Assembly (NCBI GenBank): GCA_964510435.1
Contig: CAZEBU010000001.1
Span: 144,791-208,790, forward strand
DNA from: an uncultured Candidatus Saccharibacteria bacterium
GTDB lineage: Bacteria > Patescibacteriota > WWE3 > UBA101185 > UBA10185
Length of the DNA stretch: 64,000 nt
Direction: 5' to 3'
Every line of letters begins with the position of its first letter. Position 1 is the stretch's first letter. Position numbers and translations under genes: made by a program. The notes below the pieces were generated by a model. The model did not search any database and was not told the origin of the DNA. It saw nothing but the letters and a program-made list of their open reading frames with translations. This document shows positions 16,888-25,544 of the stretch, in pieces.

Positions 16888-18468
16888 TTAAACCAACCTT
16901 CCAATAATTTCTATTGGGGGCAGGACTTCCCCCTTAACCTCTACAGTGATTATATCAAAGGTTAAACCTTCTACGCTTGAGCCAACCTCTAGAGTGTACA
17001 TACCTTTCACTAAAGAGGTGCTAATAGCAAACTGCCCGATGGTGTTGGTTTTTAGCGCCCTTACGGATTCGCCTTTGTGGTTTTTAATGAGCAAAACAAC
17101 TCCGGTGATGGCTTCTCCATCTTGGTTCTTCACCACCCCGGAAACTATATTAGGCTCTTCGGTAATAGGTTGCATTTTTGCGTAGGTGGGTTTTTTAGGT
17201 TGTGTGTCTTCGGGAAGCGGTTCTTCTTTTTCCTTAAGACGATTCTGCAACTCGTGGACCTGTTTTTGCAAAGTTGTATAGTCGGTGTTAGCTCGTTTCT
17301 GCTCTTCCTCAAGTTTTCTAATTAATTCAATTTTCTTTTGTTTCTCCTCATCCGAAGCCTGCGATTCATCAAGTTCCCTCTTGAGTTTTTCGATCTCGTT
17401 GGTCATCTTCTCGTTTTCTTCTTTTACCTTCCTAACTACATCTTGTGCTTCGGAGATGTCTTTCTTCTCATCCGGAACCGACAGCGGAACAACTCCAAAT
17501 TCATTATCTCCCCTTATCTGGTCCAGCAGTTTTCTCAGCTGGTCAGTTTTCTCATCAATATCCTTTTGAATATCCATTTCTTCGCTCGTTTGTAAAACTT
17601 TCTCGCCTCTTACAGGCAAAATAAGCTGTCCTTCAGAGGGAAGCATACTGGTAAACTTTCGGCCAATATGCATATCCGGGGTAATCGGAGATACAGTGAA
17701 TGTGTCCGGAAACGGCATGGCAGGTAGTGGTTTGGGTTTTGGCTTTCTCCTCTTTTTCTTTTCTTTAGGTTTTGCCGGCACTTCCAAGGTGGGCTTTGCC
17801 AGAGGAGGTATCTCCTCCTGAGGTTTTTCAACTTCCTTAACCGGCTCCTCAGGTTTTGTCTCTTCCATTGGTGCTTCCTCCTCCGCTTTTTCTTTTTCGG
17901 GCAACTCATACTCAACGTATTCTTCGGCATATTCCTCTTCCTCTGCGACTTCAACAGCGGTGGCAACAGGAGCAAAGGCTTGTCTCACTTTAAGAATGTA
18001 CTCCTTTTCGGGTATATCAAGCTTATCCTCAACTTGCGTCTGCTGTTGCAGTTCCAAATACTCTTCTAATTTCCTTCTGCTAGAAGTAGGTGCTAAAGTG
18101 ATAAGTTCTTGCTTGACCATAGCAATATTCTGATAAGTGAAGGCGGCCGGTAAAACGGGATCTTTTTTCCAAACTCTTTGCGTAGGTGAGTAGACACTTC
18201 TGAAAAAGTTGACGAACCATTCGTCCATACCTCTTTCCTGTATAGGGACAAATGCCAAGGCCAACCCTGCTAAAACAAAGGATATAGATACAGGATACCT
18301 AAAAACACCCACCAGGGAGATGTAAGCAAGATAAGAAATGATCCCTGCGACCAACAAATAAGTAAACTGGCGCATGGTTAGGTCACCGATCAACTTAAAT
18401 TCAACATCCATTATATTTTGCGGGACTGCGTGTTGTTTATGAGTTTTTTGTGCTTCTCTTATGGGCAT
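16888..18468 (-). CDS. T4SS-associated membrane protein: N-terminal two-TM module (VirB3-like by position), coiled-coil/E-K-P-rich linker, C-terminal carboxypeptidase-regulatory-like beta domain
   Basis: TM hairpin (FTYLLVAGIISYLAYISLVGVF / VSISFVLAGLALAFVPI). Long E/K-rich coiled coil and a KKKRRKPKPKP patch. C-terminal VVKNQDGEAITGVVLLIKNHKGESVRALKTNTIGQFAI is CarbopepD_reg-like. Lies upstream of the VirB4-like gene. Confidence 0.45.
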   Translation of the reverse strand: MPIREAQKTHKQHAVPQNIMDVEFKLIGDLTMRQFTYLLVAGIISYLAYISLVGVFRYPVSISFVLAGLALAFVPIQERGMDEWFVNFFRSVYSPTQRVWKKDPVLPAAFTYQNIAMVKQELITLAPTSSRRKLEEYLELQQQTQVEDKLDIPEKEYILKVRQAFAPVATAVEVAEEEEYAEEYVEYELPEKEKAEEEAPMEETKPEEPVKEVEKPQEEIPPLAKPTLEVPAKPKEKKKRRKPKPKPLPAMPFPDTFTVSPITPDMHIGRKFTSMLPSEGQLILPVRGEKVLQTSEEMDIQKDIDEKTDQLRKLLDQIRGDNEFGVVPLSVPDEKKDISEAQDVVRKVKEENEKMTNEIEKLKRELDESQASDEEKQKKIELIRKLEEEQKRANTDYTTLQKQVHELQNRLKEKEEPLPEDTQPKKPTYAKMQPITEEPNIVSGVVKNQDGEAITGVVLLIKNHKGESVRALKTNTIGQFAISTSLVKGMYTLEVGSSVEGLTFDIITVEVKGEVLPPIEIIGRLV

Positions 18469-18539
18469 GTGTCTTTTTATATTATACCTATTCCCGTGAA
18501 TAAAGTGAGCGGGATCAAGGTTCTAGCGAAGCTAGGTTC

Positions 18540-21500
18540 TTATTCTAACTCAACAAATAATATTAGATCCTGGTTTAGCTTGCCACCAATAGTTATAATT
18601 CCATCTTGGTAATTAAAATTATTGCTGCCTTTAACCATCTGCATGCCAAAAGGCAAACTAAAACTGTAGTCAAAATCGTCATTGTTCGTACCAGCCTGTT
18701 TCTGCCAGGCCAAAGAGTAATTACCCTGATCTTTAGTTACGGACAGCTCAACCGGTAAATCATAGTAAAATATAAGTTTAACATTGCTAGAAGGCTTTAG
18801 CACAAAACTGGTCTCAAAAGAAATGTACGGCTCAACCTCGGAAATAATGATCTCGTCAAAAATATCATCCTCAATGGTCAAGTCATAAATTACCTTTCCC
18901 CCCGTCAGTTTGGCACCCTTTTGTGCCAACACACGCACATAGTTAGTGTAAGGACCCCCCGGCCAGGATTCGTCAACACCCGTATGAACATAATCTAATG
19001 TCAGCTCCGCTCTCAAAAGGCCGTCTCTGGTCTTGCTGGTTATCTTATATTCCATAGCATTTTCTACATAATAATTTGCCTTAGTTCCCCCAAGATTTGC
19101 ATTAACCACTTGCAGATAATCCCCGTCGGTACGAACAAGACTGCCTGCCCATTCCCTTTCCAGCAGGGAGGCGTTGAGGGGACTGGCAAAAAGATAGATT
19201 TGTAAATGTCTTTGGTTGAGAGCATTCCCCAATACTCCCACAAACTGAGGAGTTTCCCCGCTGTCAAGTGTAAAAAGGGTTTCGATCAATTTACTGCCCA
19301 AAACCGTTAAAAACTGCCTTTTTTGATCTGAACCTTCTTGATAATCATAAGAAGCATGAAACTGAGTTCTTTCGTATAAGTTTTGAGCGGTAACTTCCTC
19401 GTTGTAAGAGGTTAAAAACAAAGGACCTGTAACTCCCAGAAGATTTTGTACTAAATGCAGATCTGCAGCTACCACACCGTCTATATTCTCACCGCTTAGC
19501 ATAAAAAAGAGATTTTTTATAGCATCCGCACTACGTGTAAAGTCGGGATCCCAGTTGGCATTTCTTATATACAACCTATCCTCAACTAACATGTCTCCTA
19601 TAGGCTTGGGCGGTGTAACTCTGATATTTCTCACATCTATTTGGCCATCAGGATTATATATGTCATCGATGGTTATCTCTTCAATTTTTCCCTGGTTTAA
19701 ATACAAAAACGCGTAAGACCCTATAAAACCTCCTGTGGGTCTTATTTCGTTGTTGTTTTGGAAGAGGATCAAGTATTTCTTGGGGCCATCAAACCCTAAA
19801 AGATCAGGGAGGTCAGAAGACACCGCCCAAGCTAAATCCAATCCTTCTTGTGTCGCAGATAGCACTTCCTCATAAATTCCAATATCTTTTCTTGCTATTT
19901 CCGGTAGCCTGTCCTTATTTACTTCGTTAAAATCAGCCAAAGCTCTCTGCAAATTATTCTTAGCATTTGAGATGTGCAGTTTTGTTTCGTCAAGAGCGGC
20001 TGGATCAAAAGAATTTTCTGACTCGGGTTTTAAAGAATCCCAGATAATTTTAAGGGGGGCCGCTGAACTAGAAACATCGTAGGCCACATTTGAGAAAGAC
20101 GCCACTGAACTTAAAAGCTTGGAGGTAGCTTCGTGGTTTTCCTCCTTACCAAATACTTTGAAAAGCCAATCCAGGCTTGAAAAATACCTGTTTGCTTTTA
20201 AAAAACCCTCCTGGGCAAGCTCTGCATTATCCGAAGCTTGCTGCAGGTCAAAGCGCGCAATAAGTTCCGGTATGCCAACCAAAGTATCCATGGCTTTTTT
20301 CGAGGAAGAATAGGTATTAAACAGGGGCATAAAAATAAATACCAAAAGGAAGGAAAGGAAAATAACAAAAAACAGGGATATTTTGCTGGCCAAACTTATG
20401 CGGGGAAAGCTGATCCCTAAGTTTAGTTTAAATCTATTTTTGATCTTGATCTTCGGTAAGTCTTTTGTATCTGCAATTTGCCGGCTATCATAATTTTGTT
20501 GAACTTCAGTAGCCTCAGCAATTTTTTCTACAGGCAACTCTTTTACCTGGACATCATATAAGGTGGTAAGTTGTTCCTGAGTTTTATCTCTTTTTTTCTC
20601 AATTAGTTTTGCCTGCTTAAAACTCTGCTCATTTACTTCATATCCCAACCAGGTAAGGGTCTTTATCACACCTTGCTTAAAAGTGGTTCTCGGCTGCCAT
20701 TTTAGATCTCCTAAGTTAGATGTATCCGGTACAAATGACGCGGGGGAAAGCAGGGGCTCTTCCCCTTCGAACTTTACCTCTATTTGCCTGTCGGCTAGGC
20801 TTTTCACTAAAAAAGCCGTCTCTAAAGCCGATGTAGGTTCTTTATGAACAAGCGTGTAAATTTTCCCTTCTGTATTATCGTTTAACAAGCCTTTGATCAT
20901 TCCTGCCACGGCATCGTCGATATAAAGGTAGTACTCCTTAACGGAACCGTCCCCTTTAACCTTAAGTCCTTTATTTTGCGTGAGGTCGCTGAGAAACTTC
21001 CCTAGATACCCACTGGAAAACAAGTTCATCCTCGGACCGTACACCTCCGGGAGTCTTACAATTCTCACATTGGTGCTATTTCGTTTATAGTATTCCCAAA
21101 CCAAGGCCTCTGCGTATCTTTTTGCTTCGGCTAGGCTATATCTTCGTTCCTGCATCTTTGATTTGCCAAAGTAGGCATCCAAATTTAACTGGGAGATCAT
21201 GCCCCCGTAAACGTCAATGGTTGAGACCAATAAGAATTTTGCCTCTGAACTTTTTGCTAAATCCAATAAGTTTTTTGTCCCTACGGCATTTGTTAACAGA
21301 GAATCAAGATCCAGATCATCCTTGCTATAAAGGTATTCCTCTAAGCCTGCCAGGTGAAATATATAGTCAACACTTTCTATTTCAGGCGGTAGCCCCTGAT
21401 TAATATCCACATCATATAGAGCAAATTTGGGGTTTTTCAGTAAATGGTTTATATGAACATCCTTGCCTGTACTGAAATTGTCAAGAATAATCACCCGCGC

Positions 21501-21611
21501 CTCTTTCTGAAGCAACACTTCTGCCAAATGAGAGCCAATAAAACCGGCGCCTCCTGCTATTAAAATAGTTGGAGCCAAAGGTGATTTTTTTATAGTTTTT
21601 TTACTTTGCAT
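18540..21611 (-). CDS. Fusion protein: N-terminal NAD(P)-binding SDR-extended epimerase/dehydratase-like domain, single TM, and a ~650-aa extracytoplasmic domain of unknown function
   Basis: Rossmann motif ILIAGGAGFIGSHLAEVLL and an epimerase-like ~330 aa. TM ISLFFVIFLSFLLVFIFMPLF at about aa 400. A large C-terminal domain with no recognised motif. Confidence 0.6.
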   Translation of the reverse strand: MQSKKTIKKSPLAPTILIAGGAGFIGSHLAEVLLQKEARVIILDNFSTGKDVHINHLLKNPKFALYDVDINQGLPPEIESVDYIFHLAGLEEYLYSKDDLDLDSLLTNAVGTKNLLDLAKSSEAKFLLVSTIDVYGGMISQLNLDAYFGKSKMQERRYSLAEAKRYAEALVWEYYKRNSTNVRIVRLPEVYGPRMNLFSSGYLGKFLSDLTQNKGLKVKGDGSVKEYYLYIDDAVAGMIKGLLNDNTEGKIYTLVHKEPTSALETAFLVKSLADRQIEVKFEGEEPLLSPASFVPDTSNLGDLKWQPRTTFKQGVIKTLTWLGYEVNEQSFKQAKLIEKKRDKTQEQLTTLYDVQVKELPVEKIAEATEVQQNYDSRQIADTKDLPKIKIKNRFKLNLGISFPRISLASKISLFFVIFLSFLLVFIFMPLFNTYSSSKKAMDTLVGIPELIARFDLQQASDNAELAQEGFLKANRYFSSLDWLFKVFGKEENHEATSKLLSSVASFSNVAYDVSSSAAPLKIIWDSLKPESENSFDPAALDETKLHISNAKNNLQRALADFNEVNKDRLPEIARKDIGIYEEVLSATQEGLDLAWAVSSDLPDLLGFDGPKKYLILFQNNNEIRPTGGFIGSYAFLYLNQGKIEEITIDDIYNPDGQIDVRNIRVTPPKPIGDMLVEDRLYIRNANWDPDFTRSADAIKNLFFMLSGENIDGVVAADLHLVQNLLGVTGPLFLTSYNEEVTAQNLYERTQFHASYDYQEGSDQKRQFLTVLGSKLIETLFTLDSGETPQFVGVLGNALNQRHLQIYLFASPLNASLLEREWAGSLVRTDGDYLQVVNANLGGTKANYYVENAMEYKITSKTRDGLLRAELTLDYVHTGVDESWPGGPYTNYVRVLAQKGAKLTGGKVIYDLTIEDDIFDEIIISEVEPYISFETSFVLKPSSNVKLIFYYDLPVELSVTKDQGNYSLAWQKQAGTNNDDFDYSFSLPFGMQMVKGSNNFNYQDGIITIGGKLNQDLILFVELE

Positions 21612-21709
21612 AACGGGCAGAATACCTCTTTTTTCCTTTACTTTCCTGAATTTAAGTATATTTTCAATTAAGCCATTTTACAAGATGGCAAAGTACGTAG
21701 CTATTAGCT

Positions 21710-22348
21710 GTGGTAAAATCGCTTTGTATGGAACTAAAAGAGATGGTCAAATTTTTTAAAGCAAATATAAAAATGTTACTGGTTTTTAGCTTATTGTCCG
21801 GAGGTCTAGGTGCTGCTGCTTACTTTTTCCTACCCACTAAATACTACGCTAGCGGTTCTATTTTCGTAAAGAGAGTTATTTATCCCTATTCTGAAACACA
21901 CTTTACCTACGAAGGTTACTATGGCCAACAAGCAGCCGTTTCTTACACCAATTCGGTTATTGGTTTAATTGAAAGTGAGGATATACACGCCCAAGCACTG
22001 CAAAAAATTGGCATCTCCGTAACTGAAAAGTCACTAAGAGTGGTGGACAGAAAGATCAAAACCATTAAATCAGGGCCGCAAATAATTAATCTGGTGACTA
22101 AAGAAAAATCACCGGAAAAAACTGAAGAGTTGTGGTCGGCAGTAGCAGATTCCACCCTAGAAACAGCAGAGGCACTCAAAACAGGAGGTGATCCTTATAT
22201 CAATGTTGCTAAAGTGTCAGACCGTCCTATAGTTAAAGAGGGCTATAGAAACTTGCCCTTGTTTTCTTTTTTAGGAATAGGTTTGGGATTATTATTTTCT
22301 ACTTCTGTATTGTCAGTAAAAAATTATTTTCATAAGAAGAAAAAATGA
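21710..22348 (+). CDS. Wzz-like polysaccharide chain-length determinant / co-polymerase family protein
   Basis: N-terminal TM (LLVFSLLSGGLGAAAYFFL), a soluble ~150-aa middle region, and a C-terminal TM (LPLFSFLGIGLGLLFSTSVL) plus basic tail, which is the PCP-1 topology. Confidence 0.45.
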   Translation: MVKSLCMELKEMVKFFKANIKMLLVFSLLSGGLGAAAYFFLPTKYYASGSIFVKRVIYPYSETHFTYEGYYGQQAAVSYTNSVIGLIESEDIHAQALQKIGISVTEKSLRVVDRKIKTIKSGPQIINLVTKEKSPEKTEELWSAVADSTLETAEALKTGGDPYINVAKVSDRPIVKEGYRNLPLFSFLGIGLGLLFSTSVLSVKNYFHKKKK

Positions 22349-22749
22349 AGTATTCAATCTACACTGACGGGGGTTCCAGAGGAAATCCCGGCCCCGGAGC
22401 TATTGGTGTAGTAGTCATGAACCAAAAGAATAAGGTTATTTATGAACTCTCAAAATATCTTGGTAGGTGCACCAACAATGAAGCCGAATATCTAGCTGTT
22501 CTCCACGGCTTGAAGATCGCCTCAAGTAGAAAGTACACTGATGTACAAATACATATAGATAGTCTACTGGTTGCAAGTCAACTAAGTGGCAAGTATAAAG
22601 TTAAAAATGAACGCCTTAAAAAAATATTTAGAAAGATCAAATATCTGGAAAAAGATCTTCACACAGTCGAGTACATTCATATAAAAAGAGACAAAAATAA
22701 AAACGCAGATAATCTAGTTAACGAGGCTTTGGATGAAAATGGCTTCTAA
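22345..22749 (+). CDS. rnhA: Ribonuclease HI (RNase H type 1)
   Basis: YTDGGSRGNPGPGAIG (catalytic Asp), TNNEAEYLAVLHGL (catalytic Glu), IDSLLVASQ (Asp), KNADNLVNEA (Asp). 134 aa. Confidence 0.8.
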   Translation: MKYSIYTDGGSRGNPGPGAIGVVVMNQKNKVIYELSKYLGRCTNNEAEYLAVLHGLKIASSRKYTDVQIHIDSLLVASQLSGKYKVKNERLKKIFRKIKYLEKDLHTVEYIHIKRDKNKNADNLVNEALDENGF

Positions 22750-23623
22750 AAATCCCAGACCAAGGGCAAAGGAAAAAGCCTGTGATAGAGCTGTAAAAAG
22801 AACGCTTTGCTACAGTGCGATATTTAATTATCCAAGAAGCTGTTTCCAACTTTATACATTTCTCATTACGAAAAAGGACTTCGAAGAAAAATTTTTTCTT
22901 AAATCCTTAAGAAGACTGGTTAAGAAAAAGCATATAAAAGCGAGGGGTGGAAAATATTATCTCCCCTACATCAGACCTTTAAGCTGGAACCTAAGAAACA
23001 AGTATTCTCAGGAACTTCTTAAAGAATCCTCCTTAGGAGTAAACATGCTAAAAACTATTCCTTGGATCAAAATGTTGTCCGTTACAGGAGCCGTGGCTGC
23101 AAATAATGCCGAGAAGGACGATGATGTGGACATTTTTATCATCACGCAAAAAAATCGTATGTGGTTAAGTAGGTTTTTTGTGTATCTGATTTTAAAAATT
23201 ATAAATAAATATTCTCAGGGAGAAAAAGAAAAAAGAAAGTTCTGCTGTAACTTATTTGTGGACGAAACAAACATCAAGTGGGATAAAAACAAGCAAAATA
23301 TTTATGTAGCCCACGAAATACTGAGCATGCACCCTCTTATAAACAGAGACGAAATGTACTTTAGATTTGTAGATGCCAATTCCTGGACTCTAAAATTTTT
23401 TAAAAACTACCATGTGGAAATTCCCACTAAATTCAGTAAAAAAGACGTTTCTCAAAGCAAATTTATTGACGCAGTGGAAAACTTTTTCAGAAAAGTACAG
23501 CTAGCTTACATGAAAAATAAAAAAACTACTGAGATAACTAAAAAAGATTTTATTCACTTCAATAAATTCGATCACTCAAAAGAAATTTTAAATACCTACA
23601 AAGAAAATCTGGGGAAAATTTGA
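22733..23623 (+). CDS. Hypothetical protein with a possible nucleotidyltransferase-fold core
   Basis: SVTGAVAANNAEKDDDVDIFII fits the [GS]x9-13 Dh[DE]h NTase pattern only loosely. Overlaps the rnhA end by 17 nt. Confidence 0.3.
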   Translation: MKMASKNPRPRAKEKACDRAVKRTLCYSAIFNYPRSCFQLYTFLITKKDFEEKFFLKSLRRLVKKKHIKARGGKYYLPYIRPLSWNLRNKYSQELLKESSLGVNMLKTIPWIKMLSVTGAVAANNAEKDDDVDIFIITQKNRMWLSRFFVYLILKIINKYSQGEKEKRKFCCNLFVDETNIKWDKNKQNIYVAHEILSMHPLINRDEMYFRFVDANSWTLKFFKNYHVEIPTKFSKKDVSQSKFIDAVENFFRKVQLAYMKNKKTTEITKKDFIHFNKFDHSKEILNTYKENLGKI

Positions 23624-23625
23624 AT

Positions 23626-24405
23626 TTAACAGCAGGCAAGACTTTTCATTTTTAGAAGTTCTGTTCTCATGGTTTCCGGTATCCTATCCTCTTCTACAAA
23701 GCTCCATAAACTCACCGCCACTTGCAGTTGCCTGCCTATCAAATAGTGAATGTTGTCTCTTATTTCCTTGTTTACTTTCGGTTTTTCTATTGCTTTTATG
23801 GTATTTTCCCTTATGTCGAGGATGTATTCCAAGGCTTTCCCGCTGGGAATTTTTCCGTCATACTCGTGATTCTTGAGCCATTTAGTTAGGTAATAACTAC
23901 CCACCAAATTTCCATCAATATAATCTATGACATTAGCCACTAGGGCTTGTTGGTTTTTTGGGATATTGGAACCCATTCTCCTAAGAAAATCTTCCGCCAA
24001 GACAAAATCTTCAAACAGAACGTAGTCGCTTTTACTTAAAACAGTTTTTGCCACGGTTTTTTCTTTATTTTCCGATTTTCTGGCAATTTCGGGGTTATTG
24101 TATCTTTCTACGGCGCTGGTATCCGTATCCGCCACATGCTCAGGTATATCGTGTATCCATAGTGTTCTGATAAGGTCCTTTTGAGTGGGATAGAGAGATG
24201 CGGCTCGAAAAGCACACCTAATAGTATGCATTTTAGAGTTGTCAACAATCATCTCGGGGTATTGCTTTGCGGTATGAGAAAATCTCCTCACATTTTCGAT
24301 CTTATCGATATAGTCTTTTATATCTTCCGGAATTTTAACCTCATTAATAGTAAAGCCTTTTGAGTCAGGATAGATTTCGGAAACAAGTTCTGGTCTTTGA
24401 GACAT
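23626..24405 (-). CDS. HD-domain metal-dependent phosphohydrolase
   Basis: H...HD signature (HTIRCAF ... LWIHDIPEHV ... D). 259 aa. Confidence 0.55.
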   Translation of the reverse strand: MSQRPELVSEIYPDSKGFTINEVKIPEDIKDYIDKIENVRRFSHTAKQYPEMIVDNSKMHTIRCAFRAASLYPTQKDLIRTLWIHDIPEHVADTDTSAVERYNNPEIARKSENKEKTVAKTVLSKSDYVLFEDFVLAEDFLRRMGSNIPKNQQALVANVIDYIDGNLVGSYYLTKWLKNHEYDGKIPSGKALEYILDIRENTIKAIEKPKVNKEIRDNIHYLIGRQLQVAVSLWSFVEEDRIPETMRTELLKMKSLACC

Positions 24406-24497
24406 AGGGGTATTTTAACAGAAAGATAAAAGGCCTGGACATTACGTGAGTAAATCCAGGCCTATTTGGCCAATCTGTTTTCGTTCTGCTTCTTCGT

Positions 24498-24785
24498 CTA
24501 CCTGAAGAGTGCACCAAGCATGCCTGCGACAAAGGTTCCAGCGACGGATGCGATGATGTACAACCGCACCAGAACTTGCAGCAGAACATAGAGGTAAGCC
24601 ACCAGGAGCACCAGCAGGACTACTCCCCACAAGACACTGCCATGAACAAATGCGGCAATGGCTCCAGCCGGCAAACCGAACAGAACGAGATACGCGGTAA
24701 AGCTAGGCAAAGGCCAAACCTTCGTTAAACCAAAGACAAATTCTCTTGCAGTAATACTGCGCACCGTACTCCTCCTATTTCTCAT
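24498..24785 (-). CDS. Small multi-TM membrane protein (GC-elevated singleton)
   Basis: 95 aa, three hydrophobic helices, local GC about 50% versus about 38% flanks. Nested alternative ORFs exist on the same strand. Confidence 0.3.
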   Translation of the reverse strand: MRNRRSTVRSITAREFVFGLTKVWPLPSFTAYLVLFGLPAGAIAAFVHGSVLWGVVLLVLLVAYLYVLLQVLVRLYIIASVAGTFVAGMLGALFR

Positions 24786-25030
24786 TTTGATAGGTTAGCT
24801 ACTATTATACTGTACTATAAGTCTACTTACAAATGCTTTGAAGACACACATGTTATTATTTTATTCATTAAAAATGGTACGGGTATTTTTATAGGTTTAT
24901 TACTTACGATAAGGCGGTACTTACAACCACAACAGCAAATGTGATTATCAAAAAAATCACCCACCAACACCCTCTTAGATCCATGTCTTATTGTATTATT
25001 GTTATAGGTTAGTTGTCAAATTAAAGCAGC

Positions 25031-25489
25031 TTATTCTTCTGCTAACACCTCGAGTACTTCCAGCAATCTCTTTCCTTTATGCTGATCTTTGTAGTTTGAA
25101 ATCTTTAGGTTCATTTTTTCGAAGGCATCTTCATGAAATTCAAACCCCGATCCATGTTTTTCTCGAAATCTCTGCAATAGCATCTCTTGAACTGTTCCAT
25201 CGTTGACCATTTCCACCGCTCTGTTTAGCACTCTCCCTGATACAACATAATCTTCTGGCGCATCTTGAGCATTTCCCGAAATTATATCTAGTGTTCTGTC
25301 CACAAGTTCCGCATGACGCGTTGCGATAGCAGTTTCTACATCTACATTGTTTTGATCTGCAAATTCCTTATCCTCCCTTAGCGTCCTTTTTGAGATAGCG
25401 AGCCGATTTAGTTCTGAGTCCAACTTGTCTTCGGTTTTGGAAATCTCTGACTCCGGTACCGCATCCTCGGGAGTGTGTACTTCTAACAT
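25031..25489 (-). CDS. Hypothetical acidic cytoplasmic protein
   Basis: 152-aa ORF upstream of groES/groEL, same strand. No motif recognised. Confidence 0.4.
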   Translation of the reverse strand: MLEVHTPEDAVPESEISKTEDKLDSELNRLAISKRTLREDKEFADQNNVDVETAIATRHAELVDRTLDIISGNAQDAPEDYVVSGRVLNRAVEMVNDGTVQEMLLQRFREKHGSGFEFHEDAFEKMNLKISNYKDQHKGKRLLEVLEVLAEE

Positions 25490-25544
25490 ATTTTAATTGT
25501 ACTATTTATTAAGGGTTTCGTTTTTAAACTCGGTCCTTAAGCGT

